From the NCBI GenBank assembly GCA_964422025.1, contig CAYQYZ010000003.1, positions 4,280-68,279 on the forward strand: DNA of 64,000 bases, given 5' to 3'. The number at the start of each line of letters is the position of its first letter. The stretch's first letter is position 1. The stretch is from an uncultured Gammaproteobacteria bacterium (lineage in GTDB: Bacteria; Patescibacteriota; Microgenomatia; UBA1406; HO2-37-13b). Made by a program: the position numbers and the translations under genes. The notes below the pieces were generated by a model, which saw only the letters and a program-made list of their open reading frames with translations, searched no databases and was not told the DNA's origin. Positions 36,135 to 45,155 of this stretch are shown one piece after another.

Positions 36135-38900
36135 TCAAGGTTTAGGTTGTTTCTTAATTGTTTTTTTGATTACTTTTGGAGCAGTCTTTTTAATTGGTTT
36201 TACCACTTTGGTTTTTTGAGGAATGTATTTTGTACTTACGCCGAGCGTTCCGGTGTTGGCTGGAGCCACACCTCCACACGATGAGACAATTGCGTAATAT
36301 CCACCAACTTTGCCAATCGTCGCCACAGAGTTGTTAACTTGATCAACAACTGATGGTAGTAGCTTCCAGTTCGAGCCATCTAATGAATGCGCCAACTTAA
36401 GCGAGCCTTCTCTAAAGCTATTCGCTTTATTGCCCGGTGGAATGAGATCTAAATCGTTGTAGCCCAATGAGATTATTGATGATTTGAGTTGTAGTTCAGG
36501 AATGATGGCTGCAGGAGAAGAAGATGATCCTTTGGGCGGATATGCTTTAAACCACATTTTCTGCACCCTACCTACTTGCCACGATATACATGATCCTGAC
36601 CTGATTCCCAAGATATTTCCGGCAAAGACCATATTCGCATTTTTATTTAAAATTGATTGGCCGGTGATTGGATTTACGAATAGGGAATTGCCTGACGAAG
36701 GAATGCTTGCCTGCGATGACAAGAATGCATTCATGGTGAGCGTGTTGGGAGATAAGATGACGGAAGCCTTTTGTCCTTGAGTATTTGAGTCTCTGATTGG
36801 CGATAGCGCTCCCCCCGATGCATTGCTGCCACTTGATCCAAGAGAGACTTGTGGGGCATCATCTCCCGGTGCAGCCTGTTGTGCCGGACAGCCACTTGTT
36901 TTAAATTCACTGTCAGAACCAGTAGTAGTATTTCCTTCTGCATCTGTCGATTTCGCTCGATAATGATATGTGGTACATGTTGCAAGCCCGGTGAGCGTAA
37001 CACTATGTGATGTTACGCGTGGAGATGTGTCTGCTTCAATAGTTGTTGTTCCATAACTCGTTGTTGTTCCATATTCAACTTGTGAGCTTGAGGCTTCATT
37101 TGTGGTCCATGCAATGGTTACATCTGCAGCAGCGGTTGAAGTAATTGACGACGCTGAAGGGGACGTAACATCAGGGCTCCAAAATGAGATAAACCCCGTA
37201 TAGTCTGCTGCGTACACCTCGCCACCATCTAAGAAATCTCCGTCCCCATTAAGATCTGCATTTGAAGCAGTATACCCTGATGCGGCAATACGACCATCGC
37301 TATCGGTGGCAATATATTCCACATTATCATCGTCTGTTCCACCAATCCTACGAGCCCATTGATGGACGCCTGATCCACTAAATACTGACAAAAACCCATC
37401 TTCAGAACCAAGATTCGTCTCAGCAGTATCTAATATATCTTGATCTCCATTAATATCAAATGCAGAAGAATTATAGCCAGCAATAAGAAGCTCTGTATTA
37501 TAGAAATATGTAGGTGCATAGGTTCGTGGAGTATCCCCAAACCGCTTAGCCCAGGCATGAGTACCGTCAGAATTAAAAACTGATATAAAATTTAAGTAGC
37601 TTGAGTTAACGTCTTCTGCTCCGCCGTCTGTTGAATCTCCATCTCCATTCAAATCAGTGGCAGCGCCTTGATTGTAAAAGTTCACAGTCAGTTTGTTTTC
37701 TGATGTATATTGAGTTGAAAGTGAAAAGTTATCGCTCGTGTCAAGGCCAGTACTTCCTAAGCGCTTAGACCACTGATAACTTCCTGAAGAGTCAAAAACA
37801 GAGATTACCCAATCAGTAGATCCATAGCCGGTTGCACTTTCACCGTTGTTATCATTTGTGTCATCATCGCCCGTTAAATCCCTCGCGCCAGTAACGCTTC
37901 CGCTATAGGCAATGTTTCCGTTACTATCCACGTCTATTGCAAAATTATTTTGCATTCCAATCCTTTCAGCCCACTGATGAGTTCCTGAAGAATTAAAAAC
38001 TGAAATTGCAGCTGTGCCTGTGGCTGTTTCGTTTGAATCAGACATGTCGCCATCGCCATTAAGATCAGCATTACCACTGAGGATTGCTGCTATGACAATG
38101 TTATTGTTAGGTGCAATTTCGATATTTTGCAGTGAATCACTTGTAGTGGTCCCAAGTCGTTTTGTCCATTGATTAACTCCGGCTGAATTAAATACGGTTA
38201 CGCCTATATCGTCCGAACCATAACCTACCGCACTCTCTCCAGAATCTGTAAAATCGCCATCGCCGTTTAAATCGAACGATGCAGCTGGTATTTCTCCATA
38301 TAGCACAAGATTGTTGTTTGAATCGGCTTTTACTTTTAATGCAGAGTCTCCACTTGTGCTTCCAAGTCGCTTTGACCATTGGTGTGTCCCTGAAGAATTA
38401 AATACTGTGATAAAACGATCGTTACTCCCGTAACCCGTTGCACTTTCACCAGTATCAGTCTTATCGCCATCATTGTTCAAATCAGCGTCTCCAGTGACTG
38501 AGCCAACGACGATAATATTTCCATTACCATCGACTATGGCAGATGGCGTGTTATCTAAACCAGTACCACCCAGACGCTTTGCCCATTGAAAAGTACCCGT
38601 GTAATCGAACACTGAAACCAAAATATCTAAACTTCCAAACCCCGCATTGTTTTCCGCACTGTCATTTGAATCTTCATCGCCGTTTAGATCAAGTAGAGCA
38701 TCACTGTCAGCCATGGTGACCACGACGCGTTCAGAACCCATAGAGATACTTCTTATATACGCACTGTTGGGATAGCCAAGACGCTTACTCCACTTGGAAG
38801 TTGGCGCAGCAGCAAAAAGGGAGCGAGGGAATGATCCAATAAGAATGGTAAGTAGAAAGACAGCTAGAAGTTTTTGATAATAAGATTTGTGATTGGTCAT
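36135..38900 (-). CDS. large secreted repeat protein: beta-propeller-type repeats with DxNGDGD calcium-binding-like loops, an FN3-like domain and a Lys-rich C-terminal tail
   Basis: Signal peptide. About eight repeats of VFNSSGTHQWSKRLG...DLNGDGD. An FN3-like segment IAWTTNEASSSQVEYGTTTSYG...YHYRAKSTDAEGN. The C-terminus is KKTAPKVIKKTIKKQPKP. Confidence 0.65.
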   Translation of the reverse strand: MTNHKSYYQKLLAVFLLTILIGSFPRSLFAAAPTSKWSKRLGYPNSAYIRSISMGSERVVVTMADSDALLDLNGDEDSNDSAENNAGFGSLDILVSVFDYTGTFQWAKRLGGTGLDNTPSAIVDGNGNIIVVGSVTGDADLNNDGDKTDTGESATGYGSNDRFITVFNSSGTHQWSKRLGSTSGDSALKVKADSNNNLVLYGEIPAASFDLNGDGDFTDSGESAVGYGSDDIGVTVFNSAGVNQWTKRLGTTTSDSLQNIEIAPNNNIVIAAILSGNADLNGDGDMSDSNETATGTAAISVFNSSGTHQWAERIGMQNNFAIDVDSNGNIAYSGSVTGARDLTGDDDTNDNNGESATGYGSTDWVISVFDSSGSYQWSKRLGSTGLDTSDNFSLSTQYTSENKLTVNFYNQGAATDLNGDGDSTDGGAEDVNSSYLNFISVFNSDGTHAWAKRFGDTPRTYAPTYFYNTELLIAGYNSSAFDINGDQDILDTAETNLGSEDGFLSVFSGSGVHQWARRIGGTDDDNVEYIATDSDGRIAASGYTASNADLNGDGDFLDGGEVYAADYTGFISFWSPDVTSPSASSITSTAAADVTIAWTTNEASSSQVEYGTTTSYGTTTIEADTSPRVTSHSVTLTGLATCTTYHYRAKSTDAEGNTTTGSDSEFKTSGCPAQQAAPGDDAPQVSLGSSGSNASGGALSPIRDSNTQGQKASVILSPNTLTMNAFLSSQASIPSSGNSLFVNPITGQSILNKNANMVFAGNILGIRSGSCISWQVGRVQKMWFKAYPPKGSSSSPAAIIPELQLKSSIISLGYNDLDLIPPGNKANSFREGSLKLAHSLDGSNWKLLPSVVDQVNNSVATIGKVGGYYAIVSSCGGVAPANTGTLGVSTKYIPQKTKVVKPIKKTAPKVIKKTIKKQPKP

Positions 38901-38961
38901 ATGATTAGAACATTTTCATAATTTAAGTGTAGTCATCTTGAATAAAAAAATCAATTGGTCC

Positions 38962-40902
38962 TTAGCATCCATAACTCGTAAACGATTGTACATCAGATGT
39001 AAATGTATTACTGCTTGCATCAATAGAATGAACTTTATAAAAGTATTCCGAACATGATTGTAAACCTCTTAAATACACGGTATGTGAAGTTACGCGAGTA
39101 GACGAATCGGAAACAGCGGTAGTGCTTCCCAGTGAGCTTGTTCTGCCATACTCCACACGAGATGATGATGCTTCATCGGTTGTCCAGGTAATTTTCTGAA
39201 TAAGAGATGAGCTTGTACCAATACTATTAATGGTTGGTGCTCCTACGTCGGGCGTTGTGTCGATGCCCCCGCTTCCGGCAACGCCAACTGCTTTCCAATA
39301 GCTTTGCGAATTAATTATTACTTTGGAAACAGTTACGCTTGAACCGCCAACAGTGGCGGTATCGCCGCTTTGAAACCGTACGCCACCTGTGCATGATGTA
39401 CTGACATCGCTGAGCGAAGAGGCGCTTGGACAAATAACGACATCAGTTCCACTGGATCCGGAAGGAATGGGCACATAGAGCGTATGAGTTGTCGCAGCAC
39501 CTGATATGCTGGTAACATTATTTATATATGATTTTCCTGTTGTACTATTGCTATCTGCCGTAACCCCACTCCAGCTGCGATTTGCTGTCATGTCAGTCGC
39601 AATATCGGAAACTACCAAGCCATCGTCAGTTTTTACTCGAGCTGTTTTATAGGTGCCGTAATTAAATACTGATGCGGCTGTTAAATCTCGGTCTGAATGG
39701 GGATCGATAAGATCCAAACTGCTGTCGAGCCCTGTCGCCGAAACTGAAGTGAACGAGTCTAAATCAACATATTTAATCTTTGCGCCATTTCCTCGTTCGC
39801 CGGCCAGAATCCATTTTTCTTGTGGCCAATAACCAATTGAAACGTAGGTGCTTGCCGATTCTGAAATAGTTTCCCAGTGATCAAGGTCATATGAACGTTT
39901 AATAGCGCCGTCACTGGTTACCACATATAAATACCCTTCAACCGAAACCATTTGATTGTAATTTGCGTAATATGTTTCGGCGTATGAATATCCTACCGAG
40001 AAACTTAAATCATGGGTTGTGAGTGAATTATTTTCGTCGACTGAAATAAGTTTGTTTTTACTTGTCGATCCTCCCAAAACGACTAACGTATTATTATGAA
40101 CTACCGGACTTGTTCGATTAATGGTACGGTCTGATGTTGAGGTAAGCCGCGTCCAGGTTACCCCGTTGTTTGAACTAACGAAAAGATCGTTAAAGGTGGT
40201 GTCGCTATCGGCCAACGCATAGAGTTTGCTATTATACGCTTGAATCGCATACGCTCGATAATCTCCTAATGTTGCCGTTTTTGTCCATGATTGACCGTTA
40301 TTGGTGCTTTTATATATTTCTCCAAAACAGGTTGTTCCAAGGGCGCACGATACGGGTTGTGATCCATCGTGAGATGACGTGGCCGCGAATAATGTTCCAT
40401 CAGTAGTTTTCGCCAAATCCCACATGTGAAATACATTTGTAAGCCCACTTGTTGCGCGGTATTTTGTGAGCGTGGTTCCGTTATGGGTATATACGTTTCC
40501 ATAGGTCCAATCATCTGTAGGATCGGATCCGGCGATCACCAAATTTCCATTATCAGCCGTTACCATAGCATGTACTCCTTGTTCGTTTAACACTCCTGAT
40601 GCGCTTACTGTTGAACCATCAAATTTAACAAGCATTGCTCCATCACTTTCAGCCGGCCGTCCTTCGGCGAGTCCAATATATAAATTGCTGCCGATTGCTT
40701 CAAAAGCGTATGCACCAAAATTTGTGGCTGTTCCCGAAGCTCCAGTAGCAGTATTAAGTACTGTGCCCCAATCAGTTCCACTCGAAAGATCTTGTTCGTT
40801 ATCAATAAGCCCAGCAGCATTTACAAAAGTACTTCCAAAATAGGCTATACAAAGGGTAATGAGAATAAATAGTGCATGAGCCTTATAAAACCTTTTTTTC
40901 AT
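38962..40902 (-). CDS. secreted BNR/Asp-box repeat protein with C-terminal FN3-like domain
   Basis: Signal peptide and Asp-box motifs STNNGQSWTK and SSNNGVTWTR. The C-terminal segment ITWTTDEASSSRVEYGRTSSLG...FYKVHSIDASSN is paralogous to the FN3-like domain of the neighbouring gene. Confidence 0.6.
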   Translation of the reverse strand: MKKRFYKAHALFILITLCIAYFGSTFVNAAGLIDNEQDLSSGTDWGTVLNTATGASGTATNFGAYAFEAIGSNLYIGLAEGRPAESDGAMLVKFDGSTVSASGVLNEQGVHAMVTADNGNLVIAGSDPTDDWTYGNVYTHNGTTLTKYRATSGLTNVFHMWDLAKTTDGTLFAATSSHDGSQPVSCALGTTCFGEIYKSTNNGQSWTKTATLGDYRAYAIQAYNSKLYALADSDTTFNDLFVSSNNGVTWTRLTSTSDRTINRTSPVVHNNTLVVLGGSTSKNKLISVDENNSLTTHDLSFSVGYSYAETYYANYNQMVSVEGYLYVVTSDGAIKRSYDLDHWETISESASTYVSIGYWPQEKWILAGERGNGAKIKYVDLDSFTSVSATGLDSSLDLIDPHSDRDLTAASVFNYGTYKTARVKTDDGLVVSDIATDMTANRSWSGVTADSNSTTGKSYINNVTSISGAATTHTLYVPIPSGSSGTDVVICPSASSLSDVSTSCTGGVRFQSGDTATVGGSSVTVSKVIINSQSYWKAVGVAGSGGIDTTPDVGAPTINSIGTSSSLIQKITWTTDEASSSRVEYGRTSSLGSTTAVSDSSTRVTSHTVYLRGLQSCSEYFYKVHSIDASSNTFTSDVQSFTSYGC

Positions 40903-41005
40903 ACAAAAACCTACTTAATAAATAAGTATATAAGCTATAGTACTAGATTTTTCAATAAATGTCACAGGGGTTGTAAAAAAGAAGTAGTGGGTCTACAATA
41001 CCACT

Positions 41006-41503
41006 ATGGCAAAAGCTGATACAGAACAAACAGAAGTCGCTGAAAAAAAACAGTCAACATTTACTCGCCTACGTGCAAGTCATAATTTCCGTTTAGGTTT
41101 GATTTTGGTCCTCATGGCGATCACGGCTATTCTGTTTTACTTCTGGGAAAAGGGTCGTATTCTTTTAGTTGTGGCGTTTATAACTCTTTTGGCCGCCTTT
41201 GGACTTGAAGTAGGAAAAACAGATTATGATTTAGGAAAACTGTGGGATACAAAATCGTTGCAAGAATCTAAAGTTTCACGCGATGAATCTGGAAATATCC
41301 TCTTCGACAAACTTGGAAACGTAACAACTGACAGTTCAAAAGGCAAAGCTGCCGATGAATATAATTGCGACGACTTTGAAACGAATCCAGAAGCGCAAGC
41401 ATTCTATATGAAAGTAGGGGGAACTAAAAACGATGTAAATCGACTCGATGGTAACAAAGACGGTCAAGCGTGTGAAAGTCTGCCTCAAGGTTCTGGAAAT
41501 TAA
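41006..41503 (+). CDS. membrane protein with C-terminal Excalibur calcium-binding domain
   Basis: Contains CDDFETNPEAQAFYMKVGG...LDGNKDGQACESL. TACAAT at 40994-40999 lies 6 nt before the ATG. Confidence 0.6.
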   Translation: MAKADTEQTEVAEKKQSTFTRLRASHNFRLGLILVLMAITAILFYFWEKGRILLVVAFITLLAAFGLEVGKTDYDLGKLWDTKSLQESKVSRDESGNILFDKLGNVTTDSSKGKAADEYNCDDFETNPEAQAFYMKVGGTKNDVNRLDGNKDGQACESLPQGSGN

Positions 41504-41522
41504 CGAATTCGTTTAGAATACT

Positions 41523-41651
41523 ATGCAAGCGTTTAAAGATGTAGATGATTATATCTCCAAGGCTCCCGAAGATATCCAACCAACTCTCCAAGAACTACGT
41601 GCAGCAATAAAACAAGCCGCTCCTAAAGGGAATGAAGAGAGAGTAAAATGA
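41523..41651 (+). pseudogene. N-terminal fragment of a DUF1801 (YdhG-like) gene
   Basis: The 42-aa ORF MQAFKDVDDYISKAPEDIQPTLQELRAAIKQAAPKGNEE... matches only the first third of the family as I recall it, then stops. Confidence 0.4.
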
Positions 41652-41670
41652 CGTGGGTGTATAATAAGAC

Positions 41671-41778
41671 ATGTCAGAAAAAGATAAATCAAAGTTCCTG
41701 TGGGTTGAAAAAGATACCTGGAAAAAGGTGGGAATTGGTGCGCTTGCTGTTGGAGTCCTTGGAATGATTTTGCTTTAA
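41671..41778 (+). CDS. candidate small (35 aa) single-TM protein, leaderless
   Basis: MSEKDKSKFLWVEKDTWKKVGIGALAVGVLGMILL. A perfect TATAAT (41660-41665) lies 5 nt before the ATG. Below the ORF-track length cutoff. Confidence 0.35.
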   Translation: MSEKDKSKFLWVEKDTWKKVGIGALAVGVLGMILL

Positions 41779-42518
41779 TGATGAAATGCGGTGATTAGAA
41801 TGTATCCGACCATGAGTCCCATAATGAATGGCAAGCTTTGCTTCCATCTACGCTGCTTTTTAAATTCTGTGTGCATATCGGGAATTAAGTCAGAACACGC
41901 AATGTAAATGAACATTCCTGCACTAAAGGCTAAGAGCGTAGGTAGGAGCGACTCAACTCTACTCAAGAAGTAATATCCAGCGAAGGCTCCGGCGAACGCA
42001 GTAAGAGCAGAAAGGAAATTATAATACAGTGCTTTCTCTTTGCTAAGACCTCCGTGAATTAGTACCGTAAAATCAGCAATTTCTTGTGGAATTTCGTGCG
42101 CGGCGATGGCGAGTGTCGTAACAACTCCTACGGTTGGATTAGTCATAAATGCAGCTGCAATTGCAACTCCATCGAACATATTATGAAAACTATCGCCAAT
42201 AAGAATGAGGACAGAGGAAGGTTTTGATCCGTGATATTCATCGTGATGATGGAACCATAAAACGTAGCGTTCCATAAAGAAGAAAACCACGATTCCAGCT
42301 AAAACCCAGGTAAAAATAGGCGTTTGTTGAATATGTTCAGCAGCTTCGGGTAGAAGATCTAGGAATGCAGTTGTTAACATCATTCCAGCAGCAAAGCTTA
42401 CAAAGTTGGTTGAAAGATGTTCGCTTGAAATTTTCTTTCGAAGGATATATATGTTGGCGATAATCGAAATGCAGCTGATGACAGTAGTAGCCAGAAGGAT
42501 TTGAAATAAAATAGGCAT
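41775..42518 (-). CDS. ZIP family metal (Zn/Fe) transporter
   Basis: Eight TM segments, with HNMFDGVAIAAAF and AIAAHEIPQEIADF motifs. Confidence 0.8.
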   Translation of the reverse strand: MPILFQILLATTVISCISIIANIYILRKKISSEHLSTNFVSFAAGMMLTTAFLDLLPEAAEHIQQTPIFTWVLAGIVVFFFMERYVLWFHHHDEYHGSKPSSVLILIGDSFHNMFDGVAIAAAFMTNPTVGVVTTLAIAAHEIPQEIADFTVLIHGGLSKEKALYYNFLSALTAFAGAFAGYYFLSRVESLLPTLLAFSAGMFIYIACSDLIPDMHTEFKKQRRWKQSLPFIMGLMVGYILITAFHH

Positions 42519-42564
42519 GAGTATAGTATATCATGCATGGCTCGCCGAGTGTTATACTCTTATT

Positions 42565-43140
42565 ATGACCGGTCGAACACACGATTTATTCGCATTTACC
42601 GCACTTTCTTGCATTCTTGCAACACAACCTATTCCCAAAATGTCATTGGCTACTGGCCTTGTAGCGCTCTGCGCATGCTTTATTGGCGGACTTGCCCCTG
42701 ATATTGATCAACCTACGGCAGATTTATGGGGACGGTTGCCTGCGGGCAATGTTATTAGCCGAGTTTTTACGCCTTTTTTAGGCGGTCATCGCTGGATTTC
42801 TCACTCGCTCATTGGAGTGGCGCTATTTGCAATTATTACAAAAGTACTTCTTAATCTGCTAGGAACGTTTATTTTGGTCGACATGCACATTGTATGGCTG
42901 GCATTTATGATTGGATTCGTCTCTCACTTAGTCATTGATATGATTACTAAAGAGGGAATTGCGTGGCTTTTTCCGCTACCCTTACATTTTGGCTTTCCTC
43001 CTTTGCGAGCATTTCGTATTCAATCAGCCGGTATGTTTGAAAAATCAGTCATTTTTCCGGGTCTTTTGTTTTTTAACGTCTTCTTGTATTCTCACTATTA
43101 CAAAGTCTTTTATTCACTACTGAAGTCATTCGCTCCCTAA
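42565..43140 (+). CDS. membrane-bound metal-dependent hydrolase YdjM/DUF457 family
   Basis: MTGRTHDLFAF with further His motifs. The start is refined by the extended -10 TGtTATACT (42550-42558) and a 6-nt spacer. Confidence 0.6.
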   Translation: MTGRTHDLFAFTALSCILATQPIPKMSLATGLVALCACFIGGLAPDIDQPTADLWGRLPAGNVISRVFTPFLGGHRWISHSLIGVALFAIITKVLLNLLGTFILVDMHIVWLAFMIGFVSHLVIDMITKEGIAWLFPLPLHFGFPPLRAFRIQSAGMFEKSVIFPGLLFFNVFLYSHYYKVFYSLLKSFAP

Positions 43141-43146
43141 TCTTGA

Positions 43147-43214
43147 CAACCTCTTAGGTTAGTAGTGCGTGTTCAACCTCTTAGGTTAGTAGTGCGTGTT
43201 CAACCTCTTAGGTT
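43147..43214. repeat. 2.5 copies of a 27-bp tandem repeat, each carrying the palindrome AACCT-ctt-AGGTT
   Basis: CAACCTCTTAGGTTAGTAGTGCGTGTT occurs at 43147-43173 and, identical, at 43174-43200. A partial third copy lies at 43201-43214. Confidence 0.9.
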
Positions 43215-43271
43215 GTTTTGTATGCATCTATCGGCTTAAATCTGATATAATAGGTTCTTCTTTGTATTAAT

Positions 43272-45095
43272 ATGAATATTCGAAACATAGCCATTATTGC
43301 GCACGTTGATCATGGAAAAACCACATTGGTGGACGCGCTTTTAAAGCAAACACACACATTCCGCGATAATCAGAAGGAAATGGATCAAACCCTGATCATG
43401 GACTCAAATGATTTGGAGCGAGAAAAGGGAATTACTATTCTTGCTAAAAATACGAGTGTTTTTTATAAAGGCGAAAAGATTAACATTATCGATACTCCCG
43501 GCCACGCTGATTTTGGTGGAGAAGTCGAACGAACCATTAATATGGCAAGTGGCGCCATCCTTTTAGTCGATGCCGCCGAAGGACCCCTTCCACAAACTCG
43601 ATTTGTTCTAAAAAAAGCCCTAGAAGCGAAACTTAAAATCATTCTCGTTATTAACAAAATTGATAAGAAAGACGAGCGTTCAGAAGAAGTTATTAATGAA
43701 GTTGAAAATCTCTTTTTGGAATTGGCTCACGACGAAGACGCGCTCCATTTTACAAAACTTTACGCAGTAGGTCGTGATGGAAAAATGTTTTTTGAAAAAC
43801 CAGAAAATTATTCTTCAGAAACGCCAGGTGACTTAACTCCTCTTTTTGATACCATTCTTGAACAAGTTCCCAATAGTGCAATTGACGAAGATAAACCATT
43901 TCAAATGTTGATATCAACATTAGATCACGATCTATATGTAGGTAAATTATGTATTGGAAAAGTAAATCAAGGAAAATTAACGAAAGGATCAAAAATAGTA
44001 GTAGTCAATGAATCGGGTGTTTTGGGGAATTTTACTGCTTCAAAACTGTACACAAGTGAAGGATTAGCAAAGGTCGAAGTAAACGAAATTACTGCCGGCG
44101 ACATTGTAGCTCTTGCCGGAATTTCAGAACTGACGATTGGTCAAACAGTGGCCGATCCTGCAAACCCCGTTGCACTTCCTACCATTGAAATCGAAGAACC
44201 AACTATTAAAGTTACCATTGCTCCAAACACTTCCCCACTCGGCGGTAAAGAAGGCCAGTTTACCACTTCCCGACAAATTCGTGAGCGATTAATGAAAGAA
44301 ATGCAAACAAATCTCGGCTTGAGATTTGAAGATGATCCAGAACGTGGAGGCTTTATGGTAAGTGGTCGAGGTGAACTTCATTTGGCTATTCTTATTGAAA
44401 CCATGCGCCGCGAAGGATTTGAACTTGAAGTTTCGCGTCCACAGGTTATTTACAAAAAAATCGATGGGGAAACGTGTGAACCATATGAAGAAGTAACGAT
44501 TGATGTTCATAAAGATCACATGGGAGCAGTAAGTGAAGAACTTGGAAAACGAAAAGCCAGCATGATCGACCTTATTACTGATCGAAGCGAGCATGTGCGA
44601 ATGATTTATAAAATTTCTAGCCAAAATTTAATTGGAATTCGAAGTTCATTACTTACTAAAACCCGCGGAACACTTGTTATGAGCTCATATTTGCTTGGTT
44701 ATGAGAAAAAGGGAGGCAACATGGAATCAATTCGAAATGGAGCGCTTATTGCTACTCAATCGGGGCCTTCGATGACATACGGATTGGTGAATGCCCAAGA
44801 GCGTGGGACAATGTTTATTGGTCCAACTGTTCAGGTATACCAAGGAATGGTAGTTGGTTTGGCTTCCAAAGACGATGACGTTGAAGTTAATGTATGCCGC
44901 GAAAAGAAATTAACCAATAATCGCTCATCCGGAGAAGGAGTTTCGGTTGCATTAATTCCGCCAACAATTCTTTCACTTGAACAGTGCTTAGATTTTATTG
45001 GTGACGATGAATTGCTTGAAGTAACTCCAATAAATTTGCGAATCCGCAAACGATATCTTACACAAAGTGCCCGAAAAGTGGCAGAAAGAAGCTAA
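43272..45095 (+). CDS. typA: translational GTPase TypA/BipA
   Basis: Starts MNIRNIAIIAHVDHGKTTLVDALL, then DTPGHADFGGEV and NKID. The 607-aa length and domain order are typical. Confidence 0.95.
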   Translation: MNIRNIAIIAHVDHGKTTLVDALLKQTHTFRDNQKEMDQTLIMDSNDLEREKGITILAKNTSVFYKGEKINIIDTPGHADFGGEVERTINMASGAILLVDAAEGPLPQTRFVLKKALEAKLKIILVINKIDKKDERSEEVINEVENLFLELAHDEDALHFTKLYAVGRDGKMFFEKPENYSSETPGDLTPLFDTILEQVPNSAIDEDKPFQMLISTLDHDLYVGKLCIGKVNQGKLTKGSKIVVVNESGVLGNFTASKLYTSEGLAKVEVNEITAGDIVALAGISELTIGQTVADPANPVALPTIEIEEPTIKVTIAPNTSPLGGKEGQFTTSRQIRERLMKEMQTNLGLRFEDDPERGGFMVSGRGELHLAILIETMRREGFELEVSRPQVIYKKIDGETCEPYEEVTIDVHKDHMGAVSEELGKRKASMIDLITDRSEHVRMIYKISSQNLIGIRSSLLTKTRGTLVMSSYLLGYEKKGGNMESIRNGALIATQSGPSMTYGLVNAQERGTMFIGPTVQVYQGMVVGLASKDDDVEVNVCREKKLTNNRSSGEGVSVALIPPTILSLEQCLDFIGDDELLEVTPINLRIRKRYLTQSARKVAERS

Positions 45096-45155
45096 TCTAC
45101 CGCCTCCTAATAATCTTCACTGACATTCCCTATAATATCCTCTATTATCGTAGTA

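Noticed and set aside
43147-43214. Possible CRISPR array
   Set aside because: The 27-bp units are directly contiguous with no spacers, there are only 2.5 copies, and I recognised no cas genes in the window. It is a tandem repeat and not a CRISPR array.
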